Program-made: the position numbers and the translations under genes
Origin: the human T2T-CHM13v2.0 reference genome, Homo sapiens
Assembly (NCBI RefSeq): GCF_009914755.1
Contig: NC_060934.1
DNA length: 64,000 nucleotides
Direction: 5' to 3' (one strand)
Shown here: in pieces, positions 14,230-25,436 of the stretch
Position numbering within the stretch: position 1 is the stretch's first letter
Layout: each line of letters opens with the position of its first letter
Notes under the pieces: model-generated
Told to the model about the DNA's origin: nothing
The model's input: the letters and a program-made list of their open reading frames with translations, nothing else
The model's database searches: none

Positions 14230-14815
14230 ATGCTTTGGATACTACCTTGTGAAATTCAACATTTGAATATCCATTGACCCAGCCATGTTACTTGTAGGTG
14301 TACAGTCCAGAGAGCCTCTTGCATATGGACACCATGAGATGTGTACAAAAATGTTTATAGTAGCATGTGAGTACAGTACAGAAACCTCAACAATGCAAAC
14401 AACTCCAATGTCTGTAGGCAGGCCAATGGATATGTAAAATTAGGATACATTTACACCAAGGAATATTATACAGCAAATAAAATGAATGAATCTCAGCTAT
14501 CCAGAACAATATGGCTGCATCTTAGAAACATAATATTGAGTAAAATAAGTATGCCTACAGAAGGCTACATGTAGTATGAGTCCAATTTTATAATTCATTT
14601 ATATGAGAAAACATTATGTACAAAACATAAAGGAATGATGTGCATAAAATTCAAGATTTGGCTACTTTGGGTGGGGGAAAGTCTGGGGATGGGGTAGGTA
14701 GATGCAAGTTACTGGTGATGTTCTAGCTTTTAAGTTGGCTGCAGAGTTGAGGGGCAGTCATTTTAATATTATTTATTTTAACTTATATGTGTTACATTCA
14801 TTCTTTACCAAATAT
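14230..14815 (+). mobile_element. L1ME 3' end
   Basis: TGACCCAGC, GTACAAAAATGTTTATAGTAGCA, GGAATATTATACAGCA, ACATAATATTGAG. Confidence 0.8.
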
Positions 14816-15779
14816 TCTTAAAATGTAATTAGAAAGAATGCAAATAATAAAAACTAGGAAAGGAAATAATTTAAAAACAGACACAAGTGATTATGGAAAC
14901 AAGCTAGCTTGTAAAAGCAGGATTCCTGGAAGCAAACTTAGCAAAATTCATTTTTGTGCAGAGTCCAAAGATCTGGAATTTCAGTTGGGGGCATTGAGCA
15001 TTCTAGGTCCTCTAGATAGGCCACATACAGTGGGCAGCTCAGATCGCCGGGCCTCCCCACGCTACGGAGAGGATCTATAGCCCCACTGGCCCCAATATCA
15101 CACTATTAAGCCACTTCAGGGGCTGAGATACCCAGAGGGGCCCTGCTTGTAGGGATGAGCACTCCGGGTCTACAAAGAGAGGGCCACTGCTGTGGATGGA
15201 TATATTGGTCATCAAGTTTGTCCAAAAGTTGTCACCAAGAGTTTGGTCCTCTCTGGGTGTCTGAAGAAGAGTTCAATTTAGCCTTGTAAAGTTGAAGAGG
15301 TCACAGTTGGATGGCAGGTGACATCCGCCTCCTCTCCCGACCACCCCCATTCAGTGCTGACTACCCCCACAGAAGCTGCATTCTGCTGGAAGGCTTCCTT
15401 ATCGGCTTTCCAATCTCAGGACAGGAGGAGGAAGTTTCAAATGGGAGATTCTGGGTCTTGAATAACCCACAAGCACCTGCCCCCAGGTGTCTCCCTGCTT
15501 TCCTGGGCTGAGCGAGGCATGTTACCGAGGGAAACCTATCTTTCTGTGGTAATTCCAGGTAATTCCAGCCCAATTGTTGTCTGAGTCTATTCCCTTGGAT
15601 GGAGGGAGAGAGAAGGGGGCTGCGAGGGGCCTGGAGACGAGTCACAGCAGAAACCAGAGAGCAGGCGAGACTTCCCTCTGAGAAAGGGGAGCTTCCTTGC
15701 CCACCTGTGGGGATCGTACAAAATCTGCTCCTTGCTGGGCAGGCATGCTTGCGGATCTGTACACATTTAGGCTCATTTA

Positions 15780-16320
15780 GCTTATTTTAGTTTGGTTGCT
15801 TTTGGTTGCAAGTCACAGAAACCCCTCAAAAAAGGGATTTTTTTTTTTTTAGTCGAATGTATTTATACCGAAGTGGGTCTAGCTTTAAGTGGAATTTGAT
15901 CCAGGTTTCAAAAAATGTCACAGAGCCTTCTTTCGCTCTTGACTCTTTGGCTCTGCTTCCTGGCGTTGGCGTCATTCTCAGGGGGCTTCTTCCCACTCCC
16001 ATGTGCCAAGGTTCTCCCAGAATCTCCTGGGACTACATTAAAGCCCAACATGAAAGAAAGAGTTTCTTTGTCGCTGAATCCCCGCCAGAAGCCCTGAAAT
16101 TCATTGTTTGGATTCACTTGGTCACGTGCCTCTTCCTAAGCCAATCGCAGTGGCCAGGGAATTTGATGCACTGACTGGCAGAGCCAGGTCACATGATCTC
16201 CTCCAGCGCAGGTATAAGGGATGGAGTCAGCCTCCCTAGAACCTTATGGGTACTTCAGTGAAAATCAAGGGCTAAGAGGAATAGGAAGGGGGACTGGAGG
16301 CTGAGAGGATAATCAACAAA
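15780..16320 (-). mobile_element. Old MLT1 (K/L-like) LTR
   Basis: TTTTGGTTGCAAGTCACAGAAACCC ... GCCAATCGCAGTGGCCAGGG...GGTCACATG. Confidence 0.7.
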
Positions 16321-16479
16321 TGGTCATTCTTATATGCTGATGCTTTAGTGAATGTGAGTCATTTGCAGAAGTTCTTTGCATCTGAAAGATAATGGTTCCT
16401 GTACTACGTTGGTGGTGAAGGCATTTTTTGCTTTGGTTGTTTGCCTTGTAGATCTATGTTGATTTCTAAAACTTTAAAA

Positions 16480-17300
16480 AATGTTTGCTTTTAACCATGG
16501 ACAGTTTTGAACATACACAAAAGCAGAGAGTAGTATAATGACACCTGCCCTGCCTTATCCATCATCTAGTTTCAACCATTGTCATATGTTGACTTTTGAC
16601 TTTCAGAAGTTTCAAATTTCTACATAGTTCAATCTTGAGCTTTTCCATCGTGGTTCCTCCCACTGTTTGTGTTTAGAAAGAACCTAAGTATTCAGCTTCA
16701 TTTTTCTTGAGTTTTGGGTTTTTTTTTTTTTTTTTTTGAGGTAATGTTACAAGGTGAAGCTCTGAAAGGATTTTTTCTCAGGTATCCAATTTCCCCATCT
16801 CTGTGTATTGAATCATCCATTGTGTGCTCACTGGTTTGTGATGCAGCCTTGATTTGATATTAAGTTCTTGCATACACTAGCACCTGTTTCTGGCTACACA
16901 TTCTGCTTTATTGACTTGTGTGCTCTTGCACTAACACTACTTTTAAAAATTTTGTAGATGTGTAAATAAGTTTCATAGCCAATATGCCTAGTTCTTTACC
17001 ACGATATTCCTTTCTTCAATATTTTTCTGCCCAATTTTATCTATTTGTTCTTCCAGATGAAACTTAGAATCATTTTTCCAAGTTCTAAAGAAAATTCCCT
17101 CAGGATTTTGATTAGAATTGGTTCAAGTCATGTGCTAAGTTGGAAAAATGAACATTTTCTCCATAGTCACTTTTCAAATCTAGAAATATGATATGCCTCC
17201 CCATTTATTTGGGTCTTGTAAGTCCCTCTGTAAAAATGGATGGTGTTGTTATCTCCTAAGGGGGTCATTCCTGGGTTGTTTATATATTTTGTGTGTTTAT
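16480..17300 (-). mobile_element. L1ME fragment
   Basis: TTCTTCCAGATGAAACTTAGAATCA...GATTTTGATTAGAATTG antisense ORF2/3' signature. Confidence 0.75.
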
Positions 17301-18677
17301 GGAGGAGAGATTTAAGACCTCCCATTTTATCTTCTTTCTTTGTTCTCTAAGCCTTTTTATTTTCGTTAAGTCTGGGTTGTTGTGAGTGGTTTAGACCATG
17401 CCATGAGGAGCCCAGCACCCCAACCTACTAGAGTTTATATTTCCTCTAAAATGGGAGTCCTCTGAGCTCTTATGCACGGTGGAAAAAGCATGAGATTTGA
17501 CATCAAGACAGACCTGAGCTCCAGTCCCTGCTCTGCCCTTTTCTAGCTGTGTGTCCTTGGGCAAGTCAGTTTGCTTCTCAGAGTTCCATTTTCCTTACCT
17601 GCAAATGGGCATGGGTTGTTTTCTTCATTTTTCATCTTCTTTCTTTTATTGTGTTTATTTCTAAATGTGTCTTTCTTCTCTAGGAGAATCTAAACTCCTT
17701 GGGAGCAGGGGCTATGCCTCCTCCATGGTTACACCTGGGGAAGATAATCACATAACTGTGGAAGTTCGGCACCTCCAGGAAATACTGACAGCAGAGTCCA
17801 GCCAGTGGACACCATTTTAGTTCATTCAAAATAGAATCTACCTTGAGATAATCTAGAGTTCTCTCCAGGATTATGTTTTTTTAAAGAAAACTTTGAAATA
17901 CAGATAATAGTTAATAAGATTAAAATAGTTAAGGCTTGTTGTGTTCTCAGCATGAGCCAGGCACCAGGGAACCACATTTCAGGCATTATTTCATCAGACT
18001 CCACAATTCCCTGGCAAGGAAGGTATGATCCCGTTTTAGCTCAAAGATGATAAGAAACTAAGATCACACAGCAAGATGTGGTATGGCTGGGATTTGAATC
18101 AACTCGGTGCTCTGTACTGGAGCATCCTGCTATTTCCCCTATAGCAATCAAGTAGAGTGTCCTAACAGTCCCTCAGGCAAAGGAAGTAGTCAGAAATGCA
18201 GGTCTGTACCTGCTTTCCCTCTTGTGCTGTTTTTAGCACAGAAGTCAAGTAAGAAAGCCATCGATATGTGTTAGTTGCCTTCCTCTCCTCCTTCCATTTT
18301 TAGCATCCCCAGAAGAAGGGCTGCTGTCAGCACTTCTCATTCTGGTGTTAAACTCTTACCCAGTCTCTGCCACCCTGTGCTCTCCTTACAAGAGCGACAG
18401 CCTGGCATGGCTGTGGAGGACCGCTGGGTGGCAAGAAGGGGTACAGAGTATGAAGGGAGCCCAGATAATAGAGGCAAAGGACTTGGAACTTGGCAGGATG
18501 ACAATGGGGAGAGAGCTCTGGCCATGGAGCCAGAGGTATCCACCACTTGATAGCTATGTGACTTGGTGCAATTCTCTTAGCAATCTCTGCCTCTGCCTCC
18601 TCATCCCAAAGATGGCGGCTGGATACTCCTGATGGGCTGGAGTGATGCTGGTAGTTTACTCTGGACCGTGTAAGCTA

Positions 18678-18920
18678 CCTTCCTTCCTTTCCTTCCTTCC
18701 TTCCTTCCTTCCTTCCTTCCTTCCTTCCTTCCTTCCTTCCTTCCTTCCTTCCTTCCTTCCTTCCTCTTTCTCCTCTTTCTCTTTCTTTCTGTCTTTCTTC
18801 TTGGCTTACAGGTGGCTAATAATGTGATCCTTCCTTCCTTCCTTTCTTTCTTTTCTTTTCTTTCTTTCCTCCTTTCCCTCCCTCCCTCCCTCCCTGTCTC
18901 CCCCTGCTTTCTTTCTTCCT
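18678..18920. repeat. (TTCC)n and CT-rich low-complexity tract
   Basis: About 21 CTTC units followed by a second pyrimidine block merging into an Alu tail. Confidence 0.95.
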
Positions 18921-19207
18921 TTTTCTTTTTTGTTTTTGAGACAGTGTCTCACTCTGTCGCCCAGGCTGGAGTGCAGTGGTGCGATTAGGGCTCATTGCAG
19001 CCTTGACCTCCCTGGGCTTAAGAGAACCCCCAACCTCAGCCACCCAAGTAGCTGAGACTACAGGCATGTGCCATCATGCCTAACTAATTTTTGTATTTTT
19101 TTGTAGAGATGGGGTTTCGCCATGTTCGAACTCCCAGGCTCAAGTGATCTGCCCACTTTGGCTTCCCAAAGTGCTAGGATTACAGACGTGAGCCACTGCA
19201 CTCAGCC
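18920..19207 (-). mobile_element. AluJ
   Basis: Dimeric Alu with a small deletion at CATGTT|CGAACTCC. Confidence 0.95.
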
Positions 19208-19254
19208 TGATTTTTCTTTAAGGGAAAATAAAGATGGCTAGCAGGCTGAGCCTC

Positions 19255-20320
19255 TGTGTGTGTGTGTGTATGTGTGTGTGTGTATGTGTGTGTGTGTGTG
19301 TAAGAGAGAGAGACAGAATGGGTATAGATATGTGTTTGTGTACATGCATGTGGTTGAGTATTTGTGTGCTCATATGTGTGCCCCTATGTACTTGTATAAA
19401 TGTGTGTATGGATGTATATATGTGTGTGAAAAAATGTGTGTGAATGTGTCTGTGTGTGTGTGTGTGATTGCATGACAGTATGTGCATGAGTATATGTGTG
19501 TGTTTGTGTATATACGAGCACATGTATGTGAACATGTGTATGTGCATGTATTTGTGCATGGGTATGTGTATGTATAGTTATGGGTGTGTATGTATGCATG
19601 TGCATATGTTTTTGACTATATACATAAATGCTTGTGTTAGTATAAGCATGTGTGTGGATGTGGTTGTGTGAATATGTGTGTGTATGTGCATGTGTGTATG
19701 ACCATATATAGGTGTGTGTTTGTGTATGTGCACACAGTTGTGTATGTATGTGAGCACTTGTATATGTCTATAAATTGTGTGTGTGTGTGTATTTATGTGT
19801 ATAGGTATATCTGTGTGTTGTATGAGTGCATGTGAGTGTGGGCAGGAATAGATATATATGTGCTTACGTGCATTTGTTCATGTGTGCATGCATGTGTATT
19901 GTGTATTTTCCAGCATGAGTATGTGCACACTTGTTTATGTATATGTGCTTGGCAGTATATGTGTGCACATGAGAGAGAAAGTAAGAGTGTGGGGCTATGT
20001 GATTATGTGTGTAAGTACACACATGCATATTTGACTACATGTGGGTATGAGTGTGTATGGTTGTGTATATCTGTGCATAGGTGTATGGATGGCTGTGAGT
20101 GTGCATTTGACTATATAGCTGGAGAGGCATGTTTATATGTGTGCAGTTTTGTGTATGTGTGCATATGTGTCTGCACATATGTGTGTGTACACTAGAGAAA
20201 GAATGCATGTGTAGGAGTGAAACTTCATGTGTGTGGGATTCTGTGGATGTGTGCACATGTGCATGTGGCTGCATATGTATGTGTGCATGGGTCTGTGTGA
20301 GTGTGTGTGTGTGCGTGTGC
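19255..20320. repeat. About 1.07 kb degenerate (TG)n/(TATGTG)n alternating purine-pyrimidine tract
   Basis: Direct observation; source of the Cys/Val/Met- and His/Thr-rich spurious ORFs. Confidence 0.95.
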
Positions 20321-21010
20321 AGGCGGAGGGCCTGGGCTATGGAGCGGGGGGCCTTTCCTTCGCTCCTGACAGATGGTCCAGCAAATGAGGCCCCTCTGCT
20401 ACCTGCCTGCTCGCCCTCCCTAGGGCCTGCTTCCTCCCGGCAGTCCTGCTGGAGCCCCTGCGGCGCTTCCTCCCTCCCTCTCTCTCTCCCTAACATTTAG
20501 CTGCTGTGTGGGGAAGGTGGGATTAGGAAAGAGCTGGTCAGGGAGGTAGGCCTTGTCTCAGCTGGCTGTGGCAGGACTGGGAGGCTCAGAGTGTTATCTG
20601 TGTGTGTGTCTTGTTTCCACGGCAGGGAGGCAAAGTCCGGGCAGCCCTCACCAGCGCCTGGGCTCCATCCACAGGGTGGGCAGGCAGCCCAGGGTGGAAG
20701 GGCCTATGCTTTGCAGACAAAAATGCCAGATGGTGGGAATTTGGGGCGGAGAAGGGGGGCTCCACCGCCTGGCTGCCAAGGGTTAGGAGGTTTCCAGGGC
20801 TCTGGAGAAGGGGCCTGGGGAATTTGGAGTGTGCTGCTGTGGGCTGTGGGGTTTTTTTGGTGGTGGGGGGCATCATGTTTTTGCATATTTCAGGATATAT
20901 TTCCCCTTTGGACGTCTATCAGCTTGTTAAAAAGTTGGATCATGAAGATTTAGCTATTTTGATATCAGGAGAGTACATGTTCCTGTAAGAAAGCCAACAC
21001 ATTTTTTTTA

Positions 21011-21887
21011 ACAGAAAATATTTATTGACAAGTTATTAAAGCAGCACCAAATAAAACAGACACTTAGATGGGGCGGTTGGATTGTGAGTCAACCGAGGGG
21101 CATGGCCAGAGGCTGGGTTCCGGTTCTTTCAGGACTGGGTTTCACCTGCTGCTGGTTGGTTTTCTGAGCTTTGCTCTCCCTCAGCCTCATGTCACAGTGT
21201 ACGGAGTTTTCCCAGGTGGATCCACTTGCAGCGATGCACTTTGCCATGTTCTGCTGTGGACAGATGTTGCCATCTCTGCCCCTCCAACCCAGCCAGTGTG
21301 GGTCTCTATAGAGAAGCCCCAGCGTCTTTGTCCCTGCCAGGATGAACATGTGTGAGCAGCACAACTGTGGACAGGAACCAAAGGCCTTTTTTTTTTTTTT
21401 TTTTTTTTTTGGCAAAGGGAAACAGTGAGAAGAGGGATGATTTTATGTGAGCATGGTGTTTCCTGGCCCTTCTCCCCTCCCAAATGCTAGCGTCTGCACA
21501 GGAGGGGTGCCTCAGAAGGAGCCTTGGAATAATGGGTGGGAGCAAGAAGCAGGTTGGAAACAGGTGGCAGTCTTCACAGCCTCAAAGAAACTGCCAGCTC
21601 CCTGCCCCTGGCCTCATCCCCTGTGTCCAGGAAGGTGTGGTTGTCACCAGGCTCAGAAAACCTCCATGCTTTCACGTTGAATAAGTCCAAATTCCCGGGA
21701 CAAGGCAGTTCCGGCTGGAAATGTTGTCCACGTCCCCACTGCACTCTCCCTTTGGTGGTCCATCTATCACTCTAACCTTTCTAGCTCACTCCAGGCTCTA
21801 AATGCCATTTGCTTTTTTTTTTTAAACAGAAAATATTTATTGACAAGCCGTGAAAGCAGTGCCAAATAAAGCAGAAAATTAGATGGG
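21011..21887. repeat. Dispersed direct repeat: 62 bp at 21011-21072 and 21826-21887
   Basis: Ungapped alignment 53/62 identical, first 22 bp identical. Confidence 0.92.
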
Positions 21888-23009
21888 CTGTCAGTCACGC
21901 TGCGTCCTCTGTCTAGGGTCTCCCTCTTGTTCCTCTTCCCGCCCACATCCCATCTCTCCTGGGCTCAGCTAAAATGTCATTTCCTCCTTTCTTCTTTATG
22001 CTCCTCTGACATGTTCTGGATGAAAACAATCTCCTGTGACTCCTGACTGCAACAACTGCTTTCTCTTGTTGAGATCAGTGGGGCTGCACTGAATCCACTC
22101 AGTCTCCCTGGCACCCAGCATAGGTCCCGGTACATGGGAGGTGCTCTGTTTGCTGAGTGAATAAATAAAAACTCAAGTACCAGTTTCCTTTGGGAACTGG
22201 TAGCACCAGGTATAGATATGATGCTTCTCAGCTTGAAAATAAATGCTAATCTGCCTATACCCTTATCGTCATAATCATCATGATCATTGTTGTTATTAGG
22301 TATGCATGAATATATGTGGGCGTGGGTACCTGCCTGTGAGATAACACTGACCCATTTAGCAGGCATGGGATCTTCCTGTAAAAACAGCATGGACAAGCTT
22401 CACTCAGGAAATAAGACACTGAACCTGAAGACTTTAGCCTTTATCCCACCCCACATTTTTGTCTCCTGCCACATTCCTATGTTAAACATGAACTTCATCA
22501 ACACCGTCTTGCATGTGGCCTCTCATCCACCTATTTTTTTTTATTATCAGCTTTGCTTTTGCCTTCTAATGCTTTTCTGGTTGAATACATTTCTATCCCT
22601 GTGGGAATGACAGATAGGGCAACAATTCTGGACTGAGCATGTGCTGGGTGCTGAGGATGGAGAGAAGGAAGGAGTGGGACCCTTCTAGCCAGGAATCACA
22701 TTCTAGAAGGAGAGACATGTGTAAACAGATGCTTCTAGAGCTCTGCCAGTGCTTCGGCAGCAATAGGAACAGACTTGCTATTGAAGCACAAGGGAGAGAC
22801 CACCACACCAGAAAACTACTCGTCCTCTCAGGTCCAGCTCAAATGTCCCTTACTCTATAAAGCCTTCTTTGATTCCCCCAAGAGCAAGAGAGCAGGAGGG
22901 GCTTTAGATGGAGTGAATGGCATGTGCAAAGGCATGGGACCTGAGAGAACCTCATGTATCTGGGTTATGGGGAGTGGTTTGATGTGGCTGGTGTGTATTT
23001 GGTGGGTGC

Positions 23010-23781
23010 AAGCCCCAAGCCTTGGTGGCTGACATGTAGTGTTGTGTCTGCGGGTGCACAGAAGTCAAGAATTGAGGTTTGGGAACTTCTGCCTAGATTT
23101 CAGAGGATGTATGGAAATGCCTGGATGTCTAGGCAGAAGTTTTCTGCAGGGGGGCACCCTCATGAAGAACCTCTGCTAGGGTGTGTGGAAATGAAGTGTG
23201 GGCTTACAGCCACACAGAGCCCCCACCGGGGCAGTGCCTAGTGGAGCTGTGAGAAGAGGGTCCTCCAGACCCCAGATCCACTGACAGCTTGCACCATGTG
23301 CCTGGAAAAGCTGCAGATACTCAATGCCAGCTTGTGAAGGCAGGTGGGAGGGGGGCTATACCCTGCAAAGCCACAGGGGCAGAGCTGCCCAAGGTCATGG
23401 GAGCCCACCTCTTGCATTGGTGTGACCTGGATATGAGACATAGAATCAAAGGATATGATTTCAGAGCTTTAAGATTTGACTGCCCTGCTGGATTTCAGAC
23501 TTGCATGGGGCCTGAAGCCCCTTTGTTTGGCCAATTTCTCCCATTTGGAACAAGTGTATTTACCCAATGCCCATACTGCCATTGTATCTAGGACGTAACC
23601 AACTTGCTTTTGGTTTTACAGGCTCATAGGCAGAAGGGACTTGCCTTGTCTCAGATGAGACTTTGTTCCTGGACTTTTGGGTTAATGCTGGAATGAGTTA
23701 AGACTTTGGGGGACTGTTGGCAAGGCATGATTGTGTTTTGAAATGTGAGGACATGAGATTTGGGAGGCGCCAGAGGTGGAA
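23010..23781 (+). mobile_element. THE1-internal (MaLR), 3' portion
   Basis: GGGTGCACAGAAGTCAAGAATTGAGGTTTGGGAAC ... GACATGAGATTTGGGAGG directly abutting the LTR. Confidence 0.92.
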
Positions 23782-24157
23782 TGGTATGGTTTGGCTGTGT
23801 ACCCACCCAAATCTCATCTTGAATTGTACTTCCCATAATCCCCACGTGTCATGGGAAGGACCCAGTTGGAGGTAATTGAATCATGGGACAGTTACCACCA
23901 TGCTGCTGTTCTTGTGATAATGAGTGAGTTCTCATGAGATCTGATGGTTTTATAAGGGGCTTTTCCCTCTTTGCTTAGCACTTCTCTTTCCTGCCATCAT
24001 GTGAAGAAGGATGTGTTTGCTTCCTGTTCCGCCATGATTGTAAGTTTCCTGAGGCTTCCCCAGCCATGCAGAACTGTGAGTCAATTAAAGCTCTTTCCTT
24101 TATAAATTGCCAAATCTTGGACTGTTCTTTATAGCAGTGTGAGGATGGACTAATACA
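23782..24157 (+). mobile_element. THE1 (C/D-like) 3' LTR
   Basis: TGGTATGGTTTGGCTGTGTACCCACCCAAATCTCATC ... GGACTAATACA. Confidence 0.95.
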
Positions 24158-24449
24158 GTGGGTGAGTGTGTGGGCATAATGGGAGATGAGGCTTGCAGAC
24201 AGGTGGGTTAATGTCATGAAGAACCCTGAATGCCCTATTGAGAAGCTTAAATTTAATCCTCTCATAAATCGTTGGGGGCCACCGCAGCACTTTACATATA
24301 TCTGCATTTTAAAAAGACTTCTCTGAGTCAGTGTGGATGATTGGACTGAGCAGAGGTGGAGAGCAGGGACTCAAAGGGACTCAAAGAGAGGTTGGGCTGA
24401 TGGAATTTGTTGACCATTTGGATGTGTGGAAAGAGGAGTGCATCTCTTA

Positions 24450-24995
24450 GGATGTGTTCAGGTGTAAGACACAGAAGCCTTGACTGATGGGGGCTTACAG
24501 ACATAGGGCTCATTTTCTCATGTGACAAACATCTGAGAACAGGTGGCTGTAGGCAGCAGTTCAGTGGCTGAGTACTGTCAGAGTCTATGTTTCTGATGTC
24601 CTTTCAACCATGTCATTGACTTCACAAGATAGCTACTAGGGTTCCAAACATCTCCTCTATATCCCAGGCAGGAAGAAGAGGAAGGGAGTGCCAGCCCATC
24701 AGTTCCTTGTATCAAAGAGCCAACTAAATGCTCAGGCTTATCTTTGGCAGACTTTTACTTCGGCCTTTTCGGCCAGACCTGGGTCATGTGGCCTTTCCTA
24801 ACTGCAAGGAAGGCAGGGAATGTGAGCAATGGGATTGTTGCGATTGGTTCAGACCAGTTGCAATCCATTTCCTTGGGCTGGGCACAGTGCCACCCTAAGG
24901 CAAATCAGGCCTGTGGTAGCTGGGAAGAGGTGGGGAATGGATCTAACAGTGGGGAATGGATGCTGGAAGGGCATCTGACAGTGTTGGCCACCATC
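24450..24995 (-). mobile_element. Old MLT1 (J/K/L-like) LTR
   Basis: GGCCAGACCTGGGTCATGTGGCC...AACTGCAAGGAAGGCAGGGAATG. Confidence 0.65.
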
Positions 24996-25391
24996 AGTAA
25001 GAACACAAGGTCAAAGATGATGCCAGATGCTGGCCCTGCTGGCTGGGGATGGCATTCAGCTACATGTTGGGGGAAGGAGTGGATGCTTGTGGTGGAGAGA
25101 GTGGCTTCAGTCTTGCATATGTAACCTACGTGTCACCTTGGATCACTCTACCTGTTAAGATCTGGAGAAGATTTCCTTGAGCCCAAGCTTCCTTGAATCT
25201 TGAATGGATTTGTAAAAGCAAATGTGACACAAAGAGTTTAAAAAAATTTCTGGGTGGCTCATGGTTATCTGGCTCTAATCTTCTGCTGAATTAGTTCAGG
25301 TTAGTGATGACTTAGGGTACTGTCATGTAGTATTTTGTCCACAAATATGGGGAACCTGATGTAGACTAGCTCTTTCCCTTATTACTCCTCC

Positions 25392-25395
<4 letters not shown>

Positions 25396-25433
<38 letters not shown>
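25396..25433. repeat. (CA)19 microsatellite
   Basis: Direct observation. Confidence 0.97.

Positions 25434-25436
<3 letters not shown>

Larger units (their letters stand above)
22540..24450 (-). mobile_element. L2 fragment split by THE1
   Basis: GGCATGTGCAAAGGCATGG before and GAAGAACCCTGAATGCC..TTTAATCC..ATCTGCATTTTAAAAAG after the insertion. Confidence 0.65.

Noticed and set aside
14668-14695. Canonical G-quadruplex pattern (others near 57783 and 60311)
   Set aside because: Lies in the G-rich tract typical of L1 3' ends; such motifs are common at this GC level.
19218-20500. Stack of ORFs up to 153 aa rich in Cys/Val/Met or His/Thr
   Set aside because: Translation artefacts of the degenerate (TG)n tract.
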